A DNA stretch of 32,000 nt from NCBI RefSeq assembly GCF_000146505.1, contig NC_017448.1:2250001-2282000 (forward strand). The letters run 5' to 3'. The notes under the pieces are model-generated. The model ran no database searches. It had not been told where the DNA came from and saw nothing but the letters and a program-made list of their open reading frames with translations. Of this stretch, positions 1 through 8,476 are shown one piece after another (position 1 is the first letter of the stretch; the number at the start of each line of letters is the position of its first letter). The DNA comes from Fibrobacter succinogenes subsp. succinogenes S85 (GTDB lineage Bacteria > Fibrobacterota > Fibrobacteria > Fibrobacterales > Fibrobacteraceae). A program made the translations under genes and the position numbers.

Positions 1-1
1 G

Positions 2-286
2 ATTGAAAAGGAACTCAAGGCTCTCGTGAAGGGTTACAAGATCAAGAAGCTCATCATCACGAGCGACTCTTGGGAATACCGCAGAAACTTCTTCGGCTTT
101 GTCCTTTACAGATGGGTCGGATTTGACATTGTCTATGACGGCAAGAACAAGGACGGCAAGAAGGCTACCATGTACAAGTCTGGCTTTATTGCAAAGCAGA
201 TGAGCAATGGCAGCGGCTTTGATAAGAAATTGATCATGACGGGTTCTCCGGTTTCTTGGAACCGCGAAGTTCTCGACTGGAAGTAA
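2..286 (+). CDS. C-terminal fragment of a hypothetical protein (ORF open to the left window edge)
   Basis: The frame of the listed 26..286 ORF stays open back to nt 2 (IEKELKALVKGYKIKK...). The stop is TAA at 284-286, followed by a hairpin and T-run. No family recognised. Confidence 0.45.
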   Translation: MEKELKALVKGYKIKKLIITSDSWEYRRNFFGFVLYRWVGFDIVYDGKNKDGKKATMYKSGFIAKQMSNGSGFDKKLIMTGSPVSWNREVLDWK

Positions 287-311
287 TCTCTGGTCGCCTG
301 ATTTTAGGAGC

Positions 312-341
312 GGCTCCCATTAGCGTGGGGGTCGTTTTTTT
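312..341 (+). terminator. Rho-independent terminator candidate
   Basis: Arm GGCTCCC (312-318) pairs with GGGGGTC (327-333), including G-U wobbles, and is followed by T7 (335-341). Confidence 0.5.
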
Positions 342-364
342 GTATGAGGAGTTCGCAACATTGA

Positions 365-394
365 CTAAGTTCTAAGATCTAAGTTCTAAGTTCT
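365..394. repeat. Tandem heptamer array (CTAAGTT)(CTAAGAT)(CTAAGTT)(CTAAGTT)CT
   Basis: Read directly: four and a bit 7-nt units. Stop codons occur in all three frames on both strands. The array lies 15 nt upstream of a TATCTTTG box. Confidence 0.85.
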
Positions 395-408
395 CCCTTT
401 TAAAAATC

Positions 409-416
409 TATCTTTG
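409..416 (+). promoter_or_regulatory. Bacteroidetes-type -7 promoter box TATCTTTG
   Basis: Matches TAnnTTTG and is followed by GGTTC and then the GTG start at 422 (5-nt gap). Confidence 0.4.
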
Positions 417-421
417 GGTTC

Positions 422-2308
422 GTGATTCAAATTCAGAATGTATCTAAGTCTTTTGGCATGCAGGTCCTTTTGGACGGCGCTAGCATGCTTGTTGCCGACC
501 ATGAACGTGTCGGTCTTGTAGGTCGCAACGGTTGCGGCAAATCGACCCTTTTCAAGATGATTCTTGGGCAGGAATGCCTCGATGGCGGTAACATCGACAT
601 CCCGAAGGGCTATACGATTGGCTATTTGCAACAGCACATCAAGTTCACGCACCCGACGGTTCACGAAGAAGCGTGCAGCGTGCTCAAGGTGAATGAGGAC
701 GGCTGGCTCGAAGAACACAAGGTCGAGGCGATTCTCTTTGGTCTTGGCTTTGACGAAGAGAGCATGCAGAAAGACCCGATGCTTTTGTCGGGTGGTTTCC
801 AGATCCGTCTGAATTTGGCGAAGGTTTTGGCGTCGGAACCGGACATGCTTTTGCTGGACGAACCGACGAACTACTTGGACATTGTTTCCATGCGTTGGCT
901 CAGTCGCTTTTTGCGCGCGTGGAAGGGCGAAGTGCTCTTGATTACGCATGACCACCATTTTATGGACGAGGTCTGTACGCACACGGTGGGGATTCACCGC
1001 CACAAGATGCGCAAGGTCAAGGGGACGGTCGAAAAGCTGCGCGAGACGATTGCCGAAGAAGAAGAAGTGGCAATGCGCACGCAAGAAAACGAGCAACGTA
1101 AAAAGGAACAGCTCGAAAAGGTTATCGAGCGCTTCCGTTACAAGGCGGCAAAGGCGGCGATGGTGCAGTCGAAGATCAAGGCTGCGGCAAAGCTTGCAAC
1201 GGGTGAGCGCCTCACGCATGAACGCAACCTGGATTTCAATTTCAAGAATGCAGAATTCCCGGGCAAGCGCATGCTCCAGATTCATGGGCTCTCTTTTGCG
1301 TACAAGAACGAAAACGGCTACGGTCCGGAGCTGATTTCGGACCTCGAGTTGGAAGTGTTCAAGGGCGACCGCATTGCAATTATCGGCCCGAACGGTCGCG
1401 GTAAAACGACGCTCCTGAACTTGATTGCGAAAGAATTTGAACCGACCCAGGGTACAATCAATTACAACCCGAATCTCAAGATAAATTACTTTGGTCAGAC
1501 GAATATCAACCGCTTGAATCTTGAAAATACGGTCGAAGAAGAAATTGCAAGTGCGATTGCGGATGTGTCGCAGAAGAGCCGTGCGCGTAGCCTCGCGGGT
1601 GTGATGATGTTCAGCGGCGATACTGCCATGAAGAAGGTCAAGGTGCTTTCGGGTGGTGAACGTAGCCGTGTGCTGTTGGGCAAGATTTTGGCGAACGAAA
1701 GCAACATGCTTTTGCTTGACGAACCGACGAACCACTTGGACATGGAAAGCATCGAGAGCTTGATTGATGCGCTTGAAGATTACGATGGTACCGCACTTGT
1801 CGTGACGCATGACGAAGAACTGTTGCACGCTTTTGCGACTCGCCTCATCGTCTTTGACGGTGGTAAGTGCCGTATCTTCGAAGGCACTTACGCGGACTTC
1901 CTTGAAAAGGTTGGCTGGGCTTCTGAAAAGAAGCCGGGCGGCTCGAACTCCGCAAATATCAAGGTCTCGAATATCGACGTCACGGACGACAAGCCCGTGA
2001 GTTCGACGCCGCGCACCAAGGAAGACCGCAGGGCGCGAGCAGACTACATTGCCGAACGCAGCAAGGTCATCAAGCCGCTCGAAAAAGAGACTGCCCGCCT
2101 CGAAGCTGAAATTGCGAAGGCCGAAGCTCTCGGCGGTGAACTTGAAGCAAAGCTTGTGGCCGCCTCGGAATCTGGCGACGGCAATGCCATTACGTCCATT
2201 GCAAAAGACATGGACGAAAACAAGAAGCTGACAGAAGAACTTTACGCCGCCTGGGAAAAGGCAAGTGCCGAACTTGAAGCTGCGAAGGACAAGTACAAGC
2301 TGGATTAG
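422..2308 (+). CDS. ABC-F family ATPase (two ABC domains, no membrane domain, C-terminal coiled coil)
   Basis: Two Walker A motifs (GRNGCGKST, GPNGRGKTT), two signatures (LSGGFQ, LSGGER), two Walker B motifs (LLLDEPTN twice), an interdomain linker (RFRYKAAKAAMVQSKIKAAAKL), a charged Ala/Glu/Lys-rich tail, and a GTG start. Confidence 0.9.
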   Translation: MIQIQNVSKSFGMQVLLDGASMLVADHERVGLVGRNGCGKSTLFKMILGQECLDGGNIDIPKGYTIGYLQQHIKFTHPTVHEEACSVLKVNEDGWLEEHKVEAILFGLGFDEESMQKDPMLLSGGFQIRLNLAKVLASEPDMLLLDEPTNYLDIVSMRWLSRFLRAWKGEVLLITHDHHFMDEVCTHTVGIHRHKMRKVKGTVEKLRETIAEEEEVAMRTQENEQRKKEQLEKVIERFRYKAAKAAMVQSKIKAAAKLATGERLTHERNLDFNFKNAEFPGKRMLQIHGLSFAYKNENGYGPELISDLELEVFKGDRIAIIGPNGRGKTTLLNLIAKEFEPTQGTINYNPNLKINYFGQTNINRLNLENTVEEEIASAIADVSQKSRARSLAGVMMFSGDTAMKKVKVLSGGERSRVLLGKILANESNMLLLDEPTNHLDMESIESLIDALEDYDGTALVVTHDEELLHAFATRLIVFDGGKCRIFEGTYADFLEKVGWASEKKPGGSNSANIKVSNIDVTDDKPVSSTPRTKEDRRARADYIAERSKVIKPLEKETARLEAEIAKAEALGGELEAKLVAASESGDGNAITSIAKDMDENKKLTEELYAAWEKASAELEAAKDKYKLD

Positions 2309-2317
2309 CTGTTAGCC

Positions 2318-2968
2318 ATGAAAAAACTCGTTTGTCTTTGTGTATTCGCGGTGTTGTTATCGAGTTGCGCCATGCATACGCCGGATCCGAGCGCTTTTAT
2401 GGAAGTGTTTGAGAAAGAATATCCAAAAGATTGGCGAGGGTCTGGAGCTGGATATGTTTGCGTTCGGGGAGGCAATTATACAGAAAAAATGTGGGCGATT
2501 CCGTCGTATTGGGATATTGGCGGAAATGTTGCATTCCTTGAATATTTCGTAGTAGGTCTTTCTTACCAGTGGTTGCCCATTATTAATTTGGGTGTTGGCA
2601 ATCGTTTTATTGCTTGGCGTGGGTGGATTGATTTTTTTTCGCTTTTAGGGGATTTGGATCAATTCAATTATGGGACTGGGCTTGTCCAGCAAGTGATTCC
2701 GACGGAAAACTTCCGATTCGGATTTGAAGAGAACTTTACTCATAATTATGCTGCTCCTTATTCTAAATCTGAATTTGAGGATAATGATTATTGGGAGTGG
2801 GCACTTGGCGTGTTTTCCCGATATCGAGTAAGTACGGATAAAACAGTTCGGAGTGTTTCTTTGTCTTTCCGCGTGCAAAGACGGTTCTTTGATTCGTACA
2901 GAATGTCGAAGTATGGAAAATATCTTTATTCGCTGTCTTTGTCGGTGACATGGACCGATAAAAAGTAA
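2318..2968 (+). CDS. Hypothetical lipoprotein
   Basis: Signal peptide with lipobox (MKKLVCLCVFAVLLSSC). Starts 10 nt after the ABC-F stop. No family recognised. Confidence 0.6.
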   Translation: MKKLVCLCVFAVLLSSCAMHTPDPSAFMEVFEKEYPKDWRGSGAGYVCVRGGNYTEKMWAIPSYWDIGGNVAFLEYFVVGLSYQWLPIINLGVGNRFIAWRGWIDFFSLLGDLDQFNYGTGLVQQVIPTENFRFGFEENFTHNYAAPYSKSEFEDNDYWEWALGVFSRYRVSTDKTVRSVSLSFRVQRRFFDSYRMSKYGKYLYSLSLSVTWTDKK

Positions 2969-3054
2969 AAACTTGTTTTTTTAGTGAATTTAGTTTAAAT
3001 TTATCCTGATATTGATGAAATTGTCGGTAATGTTATTGTTGACAGTTTATTTCT

Positions 3055-3411
3055 ATGCGTAAATTAGTTCTTTGTTGCCTTGCAGTATTGATATTTTCGT
3101 CTGCTTTGTGGGCGAAGACGGAATATTTTATTTTGCCCGTTCAGTTGCATGGTGTCCATGGTGATTACGCCAAAAGAATCGTGGCGCTGATTAAGGAATA
3201 CGCAACTATTGACGGTTATGCCATTGTTAAAAGCGAGGAAAATTGCGATTATCTATTGCAAATTAAATTGATTCGAGAAGAAGTCGGCGTGGCTGTTGTT
3301 ATCGAAAAAAGAAAGAAGAATGAAAAGGTCGTTTGGAGTTATGGGCACATCGCTTATGAGCCGAATGACTTTATTCCTATTGTCAGTTACGTTTCTCGCA
3401 AGATAAAGTAA
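3055..3411 (+). CDS. Hypothetical secreted protein
   Basis: N-terminal signal peptide MRKLVLCCLAVLIFSSALWA. 118 aa, no recognised domain. Confidence 0.5.
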   Translation: MRKLVLCCLAVLIFSSALWAKTEYFILPVQLHGVHGDYAKRIVALIKEYATIDGYAIVKSEENCDYLLQIKLIREEVGVAVVIEKRKKNEKVVWSYGHIAYEPNDFIPIVSYVSRKIK

Positions 3412-3429
3412 ATTGTAGAGGGGCGTAAA

Positions 3430-3903
3430 ATGAAATATTGCTTGTTGATTCTTTCGCTGTTGCTTGTTGGGTGCGTGAGCTCTTCTATGATGGTGCGCGT
3501 TTCTGATGGTCGTGACGATTATTCTATTTACTGCGATGGAAAATTGGCTTGCGCTACAAGTGATAACTGCATTGTGAAGACAATGACGAATGATGACTAT
3601 GTCTATTTGCTAGTCGTTAGGAATGGAATTATCTATGGCGGTGTGAATGTATATCGTGAAGGAAATACTTCAGTGTCTAAAAGCAGTTTGAGTGGCTGGA
3701 ATCCGCCTTCTACTTCGGGACAGGGCTTGCAAGTGTTAGGTGATGTACTGACGACTTTCCCGTTATATACAATTACGTACTTTGCTTTAACTCCATCGAA
3801 ACATTCGGGAGTTTATGGAACGTTTCCTAAAGAAGTTGTTTTAAATGTCGGTCCAAAGGATTCTTCGCTTGTGAATTATCCTTGGGATCAACCGATAAAA
3901 TAA
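3430..3903 (+). CDS. Hypothetical lipoprotein
   Basis: Lipobox signal MKYCLLILSLLLVGC. An AGAGGGG Shine-Dalgarno-like element lies upstream. 157 aa. Confidence 0.55.
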   Translation: MKYCLLILSLLLVGCVSSSMMVRVSDGRDDYSIYCDGKLACATSDNCIVKTMTNDDYVYLLVVRNGIIYGGVNVYREGNTSVSKSSLSGWNPPSTSGQGLQVLGDVLTTFPLYTITYFALTPSKHSGVYGTFPKEVVLNVGPKDSSLVNYPWDQPIK

Positions 3904-3909
3904 AAGTGC

Positions 3910-4860
3910 TTATTCCACGCGCTTGCGTGGCTTGAGCGTCATGCCGTTGCTGCGATAGTATTGAATATCCGTAAGGACTTGCCCAACCCAATAATGTTTT
4001 TGCGGGTCCTTGCGCCAGTTCTCGAACCTGTTGCGGTGTTCTGTGCCGGGATAGAATTGTGCGACTGCGTCGGCGAGCGTGGGTGAAGATGCGAGAACTT
4101 TTTTGAGGCGGCGGGCGCCTATGTCAATTTGTTCTAAGCCCTTGCCTGAATCGAGTGCGAGTAATCCGGACGTGTTGTTTTTGCCCTGATAGTTCATCTG
4201 GAATCCGGAAGTGTGGTGGATGATGGACATGAGGACTGCTGGGTCCGTGCGTTCACGGATACATGCTTCAAGTACAGGAAGATTGCAAAGGTGTTCGCTG
4301 TCCCAGCGTTTTCCGTTGTATGTGATTATGAGCGTGTGGTCTGTATCTTCGGAAATGATGTCGATATCGTAACGGATGCCTAGATCTCGCTGAAGCGCTT
4401 TGATCAATCGGATTCCCCTGTTCTTGAATTTCTTATAACCGATCATCTTTATCTGTAACGTGTCCTTGATTTTTTCGAGAATCGGTGTCGTGGGGCGCGT
4501 GACAACGAGATTGTAATTGTTGATGACGGTGGGGAGGATGTAGGCGAGTTCTGCTGCGGCACTGTCGAGGTTGCAGTTCATGTCGATGATGAGCTCGCCT
4601 TGGTCGCAAAGCTTTTGAATCGCGGACGTGGTGTACTTCTGGTATTCGAACTGTTCGTCAATCGTTGGGCGAGGGGGTTCTTCGGGGTGCGTGGCGTAGG
4701 CGGTCGTAATGGCTGCAACTGCCAAGGCGCAAGCGATGATGGCGAGCTTTACCTTGATGCTCCTCCAGAGTATGCGAATAACTGCACGACCTTTTTTAGT
4801 CATGCAGATACATATCAGCCAAATGAAGGCGAGACCCGCCCAGAGGAGAATTAATTTCAC
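3910..4860 (-). CDS. Membrane-anchored hypothetical protein with a possible degenerate lytic-transglycosylase (SLT)-like C-terminal region
   Basis: Hydrophobic N-terminus. The alternative ATG at 4803 gives a classic signal MTKKGRAV...LAVAAITTAYA. The segment SIIHHTSGFQMNYQGKNNTSGLLAL resembles the SLT E-S-x-F...G-L-M-Q core, but Thr replaces the catalytic Glu. Starts 14 nt downstream of the RavA-like gene. Confidence 0.55.
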   Translation of the reverse strand: MKLILLWAGLAFIWLICICMTKKGRAVIRILWRSIKVKLAIIACALAVAAITTAYATHPEEPPRPTIDEQFEYQKYTTSAIQKLCDQGELIIDMNCNLDSAAAELAYILPTVINNYNLVVTRPTTPILEKIKDTLQIKMIGYKKFKNRGIRLIKALQRDLGIRYDIDIISEDTDHTLIITYNGKRWDSEHLCNLPVLEACIRERTDPAVLMSIIHHTSGFQMNYQGKNNTSGLLALDSGKGLEQIDIGARRLKKVLASSPTLADAVAQFYPGTEHRNRFENWRKDPQKHYWVGQVLTDIQYYRSNGMTLKPRKRVE

Positions 4861-4874
4861 GCCCTCAATATACG

Positions 4875-6423
4875 TTATTTTTCAGCGTTAGAAGGCGGCG
4901 TGGCTTGTGGAGCTTGCGGTTTCGCTTGCGGCTTGCCGACCAGATTCGGGGTTTTGAGCATATTGCTCGGTAACGAGGCGATTGTTTCGCTTGCTTTTTT
5001 TATGGTCTTGATTATATTTGCCGTGTTGTCGAACTGTTTTTTGATATCGTCTTGGACAGCGTTGAACATCTGTGTAAAGCAGAAAAGGTCGTTTTTAGAT
5101 TCGTTAAATAGCTTGTATGTGTTGCGGAGGGCGACAAGGTTTGCCGTTTCGCGGTCCATAGATTCTTTGATTTCCGTGTTCAGGGAGTCGCGTAGTCTCT
5201 TCTTTTCGTCAATGATTTCAGGTGCGTTTTCTCTCAGGATGTATGTCGGGAGCGTGCCGAATTCCTCGAATTTGGGACTCGTGCTGTTGGCCTGATTCAC
5301 TGAACTGCGCAAACCGCTTGTACGGACTTGCGGGTCGATAGAAATGGTGCAGTTGGATGTCCCGTGGTAATTGCAGACCACGCGCTTTTCGATTTGGCGG
5401 AGCTCGTTATAGGGGTTGAAATCGATGTCTGTTTCGATATACTTGAGCGGGGCGTAAAGCGGTACGGATTCGCCTGCAATCGTGATTCGGTAGGCGAGGC
5501 ACTTTTCGCCGTTGAAAGGTTTGGTCTCGTAAAGGTTGTTCGAACTGTGGACGAGGTGGTTTACGCGCATGAACAGGTCGTTGGCGTTGTATGGCTTTTC
5601 AAGAAGGCTAGGTGTATTCTTGTAAAGCTGAGTCTTGAGAATTTCGCGGTAGCTTTCGGAAATGGCTGTGTTTGATGCGCTGCGGCCCCAGATGGATGTA
5701 CCGAGGAAGAACGTGTCAATGAGCTTGGTTTCGGTGCGCCCGTTGAGGAACGCTATAGCCTTGATCATGTTCGAAAGGGCAAGCCACCTGCGGATGGGAA
5801 CGTAAACGCAGTTTTTTTCGCAGGTCTCTGCAACCTTTCCAATGACTGCGAGTGTGTTTGGAGATAGCGTAACTTTACTGATGGCTTGAATCCACTGGGC
5901 CTGTTCTTCGGCGCTGATGGCGAGTGAGGGCGGAACAGTGACGTTGCTGTCTGTTCCGTGAATTTGTAAGAGTTGACAAAGGGCGTCTGAAGAGATATTG
6001 TCCGGGAGCATGATGGTCAGCGTGACCTGATCGCTCACTTCGGACCTGCTCAGTGCGGATTCTGGCTTTTGGTTGCCCGAAATTATGATGGAGTTCTTTT
6101 CGTGGTCGTGAATGACGATTTGAAGATTGTTCTTGCTGACTTCTTCGTTTGGAGTGAAGTTGTCAAAAATGATTAAGTTAAAGTCGTTGATGTTGTCGGG
6201 GAGCTGCTTTTGTTTTTTTTCCGAGCTTTAAAATCTTGGCGTCCTTGAATGCGCTAGAAATCCTGCGGATGAAAAGCGAGCTTCCGCAGCCGGGGCGACC
6301 ATACAGGTAGAATGGTTCCTGAATAAGAGCGGTAAGGAAACCCAACTGCACATAGTATTCTCTTTCGGGAATGTCTTTTGTGATAATCTGAAGAAGTTCG
6401 GCAAAACGCTGACGCAAATTCAT
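4875..6423 (-). pseudogene. RavA/MoxR-like AAA+ ATPase homologue, split by a frame change at an A8 run (listed as ORFs 6178..6423 and 4875..6038)
   Basis: The N-terminal piece LGFLTALIQEPFYLYGRPGCGSSLFIRRISSAFKDA aligns with my recollection of E. coli RavA ([33 protein letters not shown]). The other frame is open from 6227 downward and reads KKQKQLPDNINDFNLIIFDNF (Walker B position). It continues to ISAEEQAQWIQAISKVTL and YVPIRRWLALSNMIKAIAFLNGR, which match the RavA segments ...EEYERWQKEIGEITL and [23 protein letters not shown]. The two frames join if one A of the run at 6213-6220 is removed. Confidence 0.6.
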
Positions 6424-6491
6424 AATTTTTCTCCCTAATTATTACTTTAAAAATACAATAAAAAAGGGAAAATTGCCTATGGTCTAGTTAA

Positions 6492-7379
6492 TTATAAAGA
6501 TAATTTCTCTAAAGTTTTGCTAGAAACTTCGATTTTTTGGATAGCAATGTGGAGTTTTGGGTGGCTGAGGTGCTGCTGCGGCAAACGGCAGGAGTCTTTT
6601 GGGGAGATGATGATGTCGCTCCCTTGCAAAAGTTCTGATTCGACTATTTGTGAGAAATGTTTATCGTGGTCCGGGCGCTTTATGACTTTATGGATTTGGA
6701 TGCTGGGCTTGCCGGTGGCGTGATTGAATGCGCGAACGTCGTTGACGAATCGGTCGGGGGTGCCTAGGCCGCAAATGAGTGTGGCGGATAAAGGCTTGCC
6801 GGGAATGTAATTTGTTATTGATTCAATGCTGAAACTGATGTCGGGGACTTGGAAATCTGAGCCGAAACAACGGAGGTGGACTATTTCAAGTTCGTCGTGG
6901 TCCTGCTTTAGGCTGCGGAACGGTCCTGCTGGCAGAAGACTTTTCCAGGAAGTTGGAGGTTCTTGCCAGTCAAGGCAAATGTACTTTGCGTTTGTAAAAC
7001 GAGTGTCTTCAAAACCATCGTCGCAAAGGATAATGTTGAATTTGTCTTGAATTTCCCTAGCGGTTTTGTAGCGGTTCCTGGTGGCAAAGACTTTTATTTG
7101 TGAATTTTGAGCGGACTGAAATTCCCGCTGCATCATGATAAATTCGTCCCAGGCCGCACTATGGCAAAGAATGGCGATGCTTTTACCTTGTTCTTGAAAT
7201 TGCTTGGCAAGCCAAATGGTAAAAGGAGTCTTGCCCGCGCCACCTGCTAAATAACTCCCGACGATGATGACGGGAGTTTGAATAGGCGGTTGCGGCCGCA
7301 AAAAGAATTTGTGGTGGAACTTGTATGCAACCCTGTAGAGTGCGGCTGCTATAATTAAGAATGGAGCGCGGAGCGTCAT
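6492..7379 (-). CDS. lpxK: Tetraacyldisaccharide 4'-kinase
   Basis: P-loop context PVIIVGSYLAGGAGKTPFTIWLA, plus ILCDDGFED, LLPAGPFR and LICGLGTPDRF as in LpxK. Starts 6 nt after the aroC stop. Confidence 0.8.
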   Translation of the reverse strand: MTLRAPFLIIAAALYRVAYKFHHKFFLRPQPPIQTPVIIVGSYLAGGAGKTPFTIWLAKQFQEQGKSIAILCHSAAWDEFIMMQREFQSAQNSQIKVFATRNRYKTAREIQDKFNIILCDDGFEDTRFTNAKYICLDWQEPPTSWKSLLPAGPFRSLKQDHDELEIVHLRCFGSDFQVPDISFSIESITNYIPGKPLSATLICGLGTPDRFVNDVRAFNHATGKPSIQIHKVIKRPDHDKHFSQIVESELLQGSDIIISPKDSCRLPQQHLSHPKLHIAIQKIEVSSKTLEKLSL

Positions 7380-7385
7380 CCCGAA

Positions 7386-8471
7386 TTATTCAAGGCAGTT
7401 GCGCTTTTGCTGCAGGTAGAGATCCGCAAGAACGAGGGCAGCCATGCTTTCCACAATCACTGGAGCGCGGACGGCAACGCAAGGATCGTGTCTGCCCTTG
7501 GCGGCAAGTTCGCCGTTTTCTTGACCGCGACCGGCGGTCTTTTGCAACTGGGAAATTGTGGCTGTTGGCTTGAACGCCATGCGGCAGTAAATCGGTTCGC
7601 CGTTTGAGATGCCACCGAGGCTTCCGCCGGCGTTGTTGGTGCGGGTGCGGTAGGCAGTTCCGTCGAAGTAGATTTCATCGTTGTGCTCGCTGCCGTGCAT
7701 GCGTGCTGCGGCAAAACCGCTTCCGATTTCAAAACCCTTGCAGGCCGGGATGGAAAGCATGGCCTGGGCGAGGAGGGCGTCAAGCCTGTCGAATACCGGT
7801 TCGCCGAGAGAGGCCGGGACGTTCTTGACGTAGAGCGAGACTGTTCCGCCAATGCTATCGCCGTTGGACTTCGCGTCCAGGATGGCGGCTTCCATCTTTG
7901 CGCTTGCCTCTTCGTTGGGGCAGCGGACGGGGGATGCTTCAATCTGGTCAAGCGTAAGGGCGTTCAAGTCCAGAGACGGGCAGTCTACGTTTCCAACGGA
8001 GGCGACCCACGAAAGGAATTCCGTACCGGCGACGGTTTTCAAAAATGCTTTTGCGACAGCACCTGCGGCGACTCGGCCGATGGTTTCGCGGGCGGAGCTT
8101 CTGCCGCCGCCGCGGTAATCGCGGAACCCGTACTTGAGGTCGTAGCAGAGGTCTGCATGCCCCGGTCTGTACCATTTGGCGATTTCGGCATAGTCATTGC
8201 TGTGCTGGTCTTCGTTAAATACGACGAACGAGATGGGCGTACCGGTCGTTTTGCCTTCAAAAACTCCGGAAAGGATCTTGACCTGGTCTTTTTCATTGCG
8301 GGCCGTTGTAACCTTGCCCTGACCCGGGCGCCTGCGGTTCAGCTCGGCCTGAATCATCTCTTCGGTGATGGGGAGGCCGGCGGGGCATCCATCGAGGACG
8401 GCTCCGACAGCGGGACCATGGGATTCACCCCATGTTGTGACAGAAAAAATCTTTCCAAACGTGCTTGACAT
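7386..8471 (-). CDS. aroC: Chorismate synthase
   Basis: FGKIFSVTTWGESHGPAVGAVLDGCPAGL..., RRRPGQG, RPGHAD and GGGRSSARET are hallmark AroC motifs. I place the start at the internal ATG 8471 (MSSTFGK), giving 361 aa, not at 8573. Confidence 0.93.
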   Translation of the reverse strand: MSSTFGKIFSVTTWGESHGPAVGAVLDGCPAGLPITEEMIQAELNRRRPGQGKVTTARNEKDQVKILSGVFEGKTTGTPISFVVFNEDQHSNDYAEIAKWYRPGHADLCYDLKYGFRDYRGGGRSSARETIGRVAAGAVAKAFLKTVAGTEFLSWVASVGNVDCPSLDLNALTLDQIEASPVRCPNEEASAKMEAAILDAKSNGDSIGGTVSLYVKNVPASLGEPVFDRLDALLAQAMLSIPACKGFEIGSGFAAARMHGSEHNDEIYFDGTAYRTRTNNAGGSLGGISNGEPIYCRMAFKPTATISQLQKTAGRGQENGELAAKGRHDPCVAVRAPVIVESMAALVLADLYLQQKRNCLE

Positions 8472-8476
8472 GTGAC

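Noticed and set aside
365-394. Heptamer arrays as a CRISPR array or minisatellite of mobile origin
   Set aside because: The units are 7 nt with no spacers, and each array totals about 30 nt. There are no cas genes, transposase or terminal inverted repeats nearby.
386-1828. 480-aa minus-strand ORF
   Set aside because: It is an antisense shadow of the well-supported ABC-F gene (422..2308). The composition is Arg/Leu/His-rich and low in complexity, with no motifs.
422-2308. ABC-F genes (here and at 15429..17285) as transporter ATPases of a hidden import or export system
   Set aside because: Both are fused double-cassette ABC-F proteins with linker and coiled-coil regions. Neither has an adjacent permease or binding-protein gene, and this family acts on ribosomes or DNA rather than in transport.
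7683-8468. 261-aa plus-strand ORF and other overlapping ORFs inside aroC
   Set aside because: They are mirror frames of a GC-rich, highly conserved gene.
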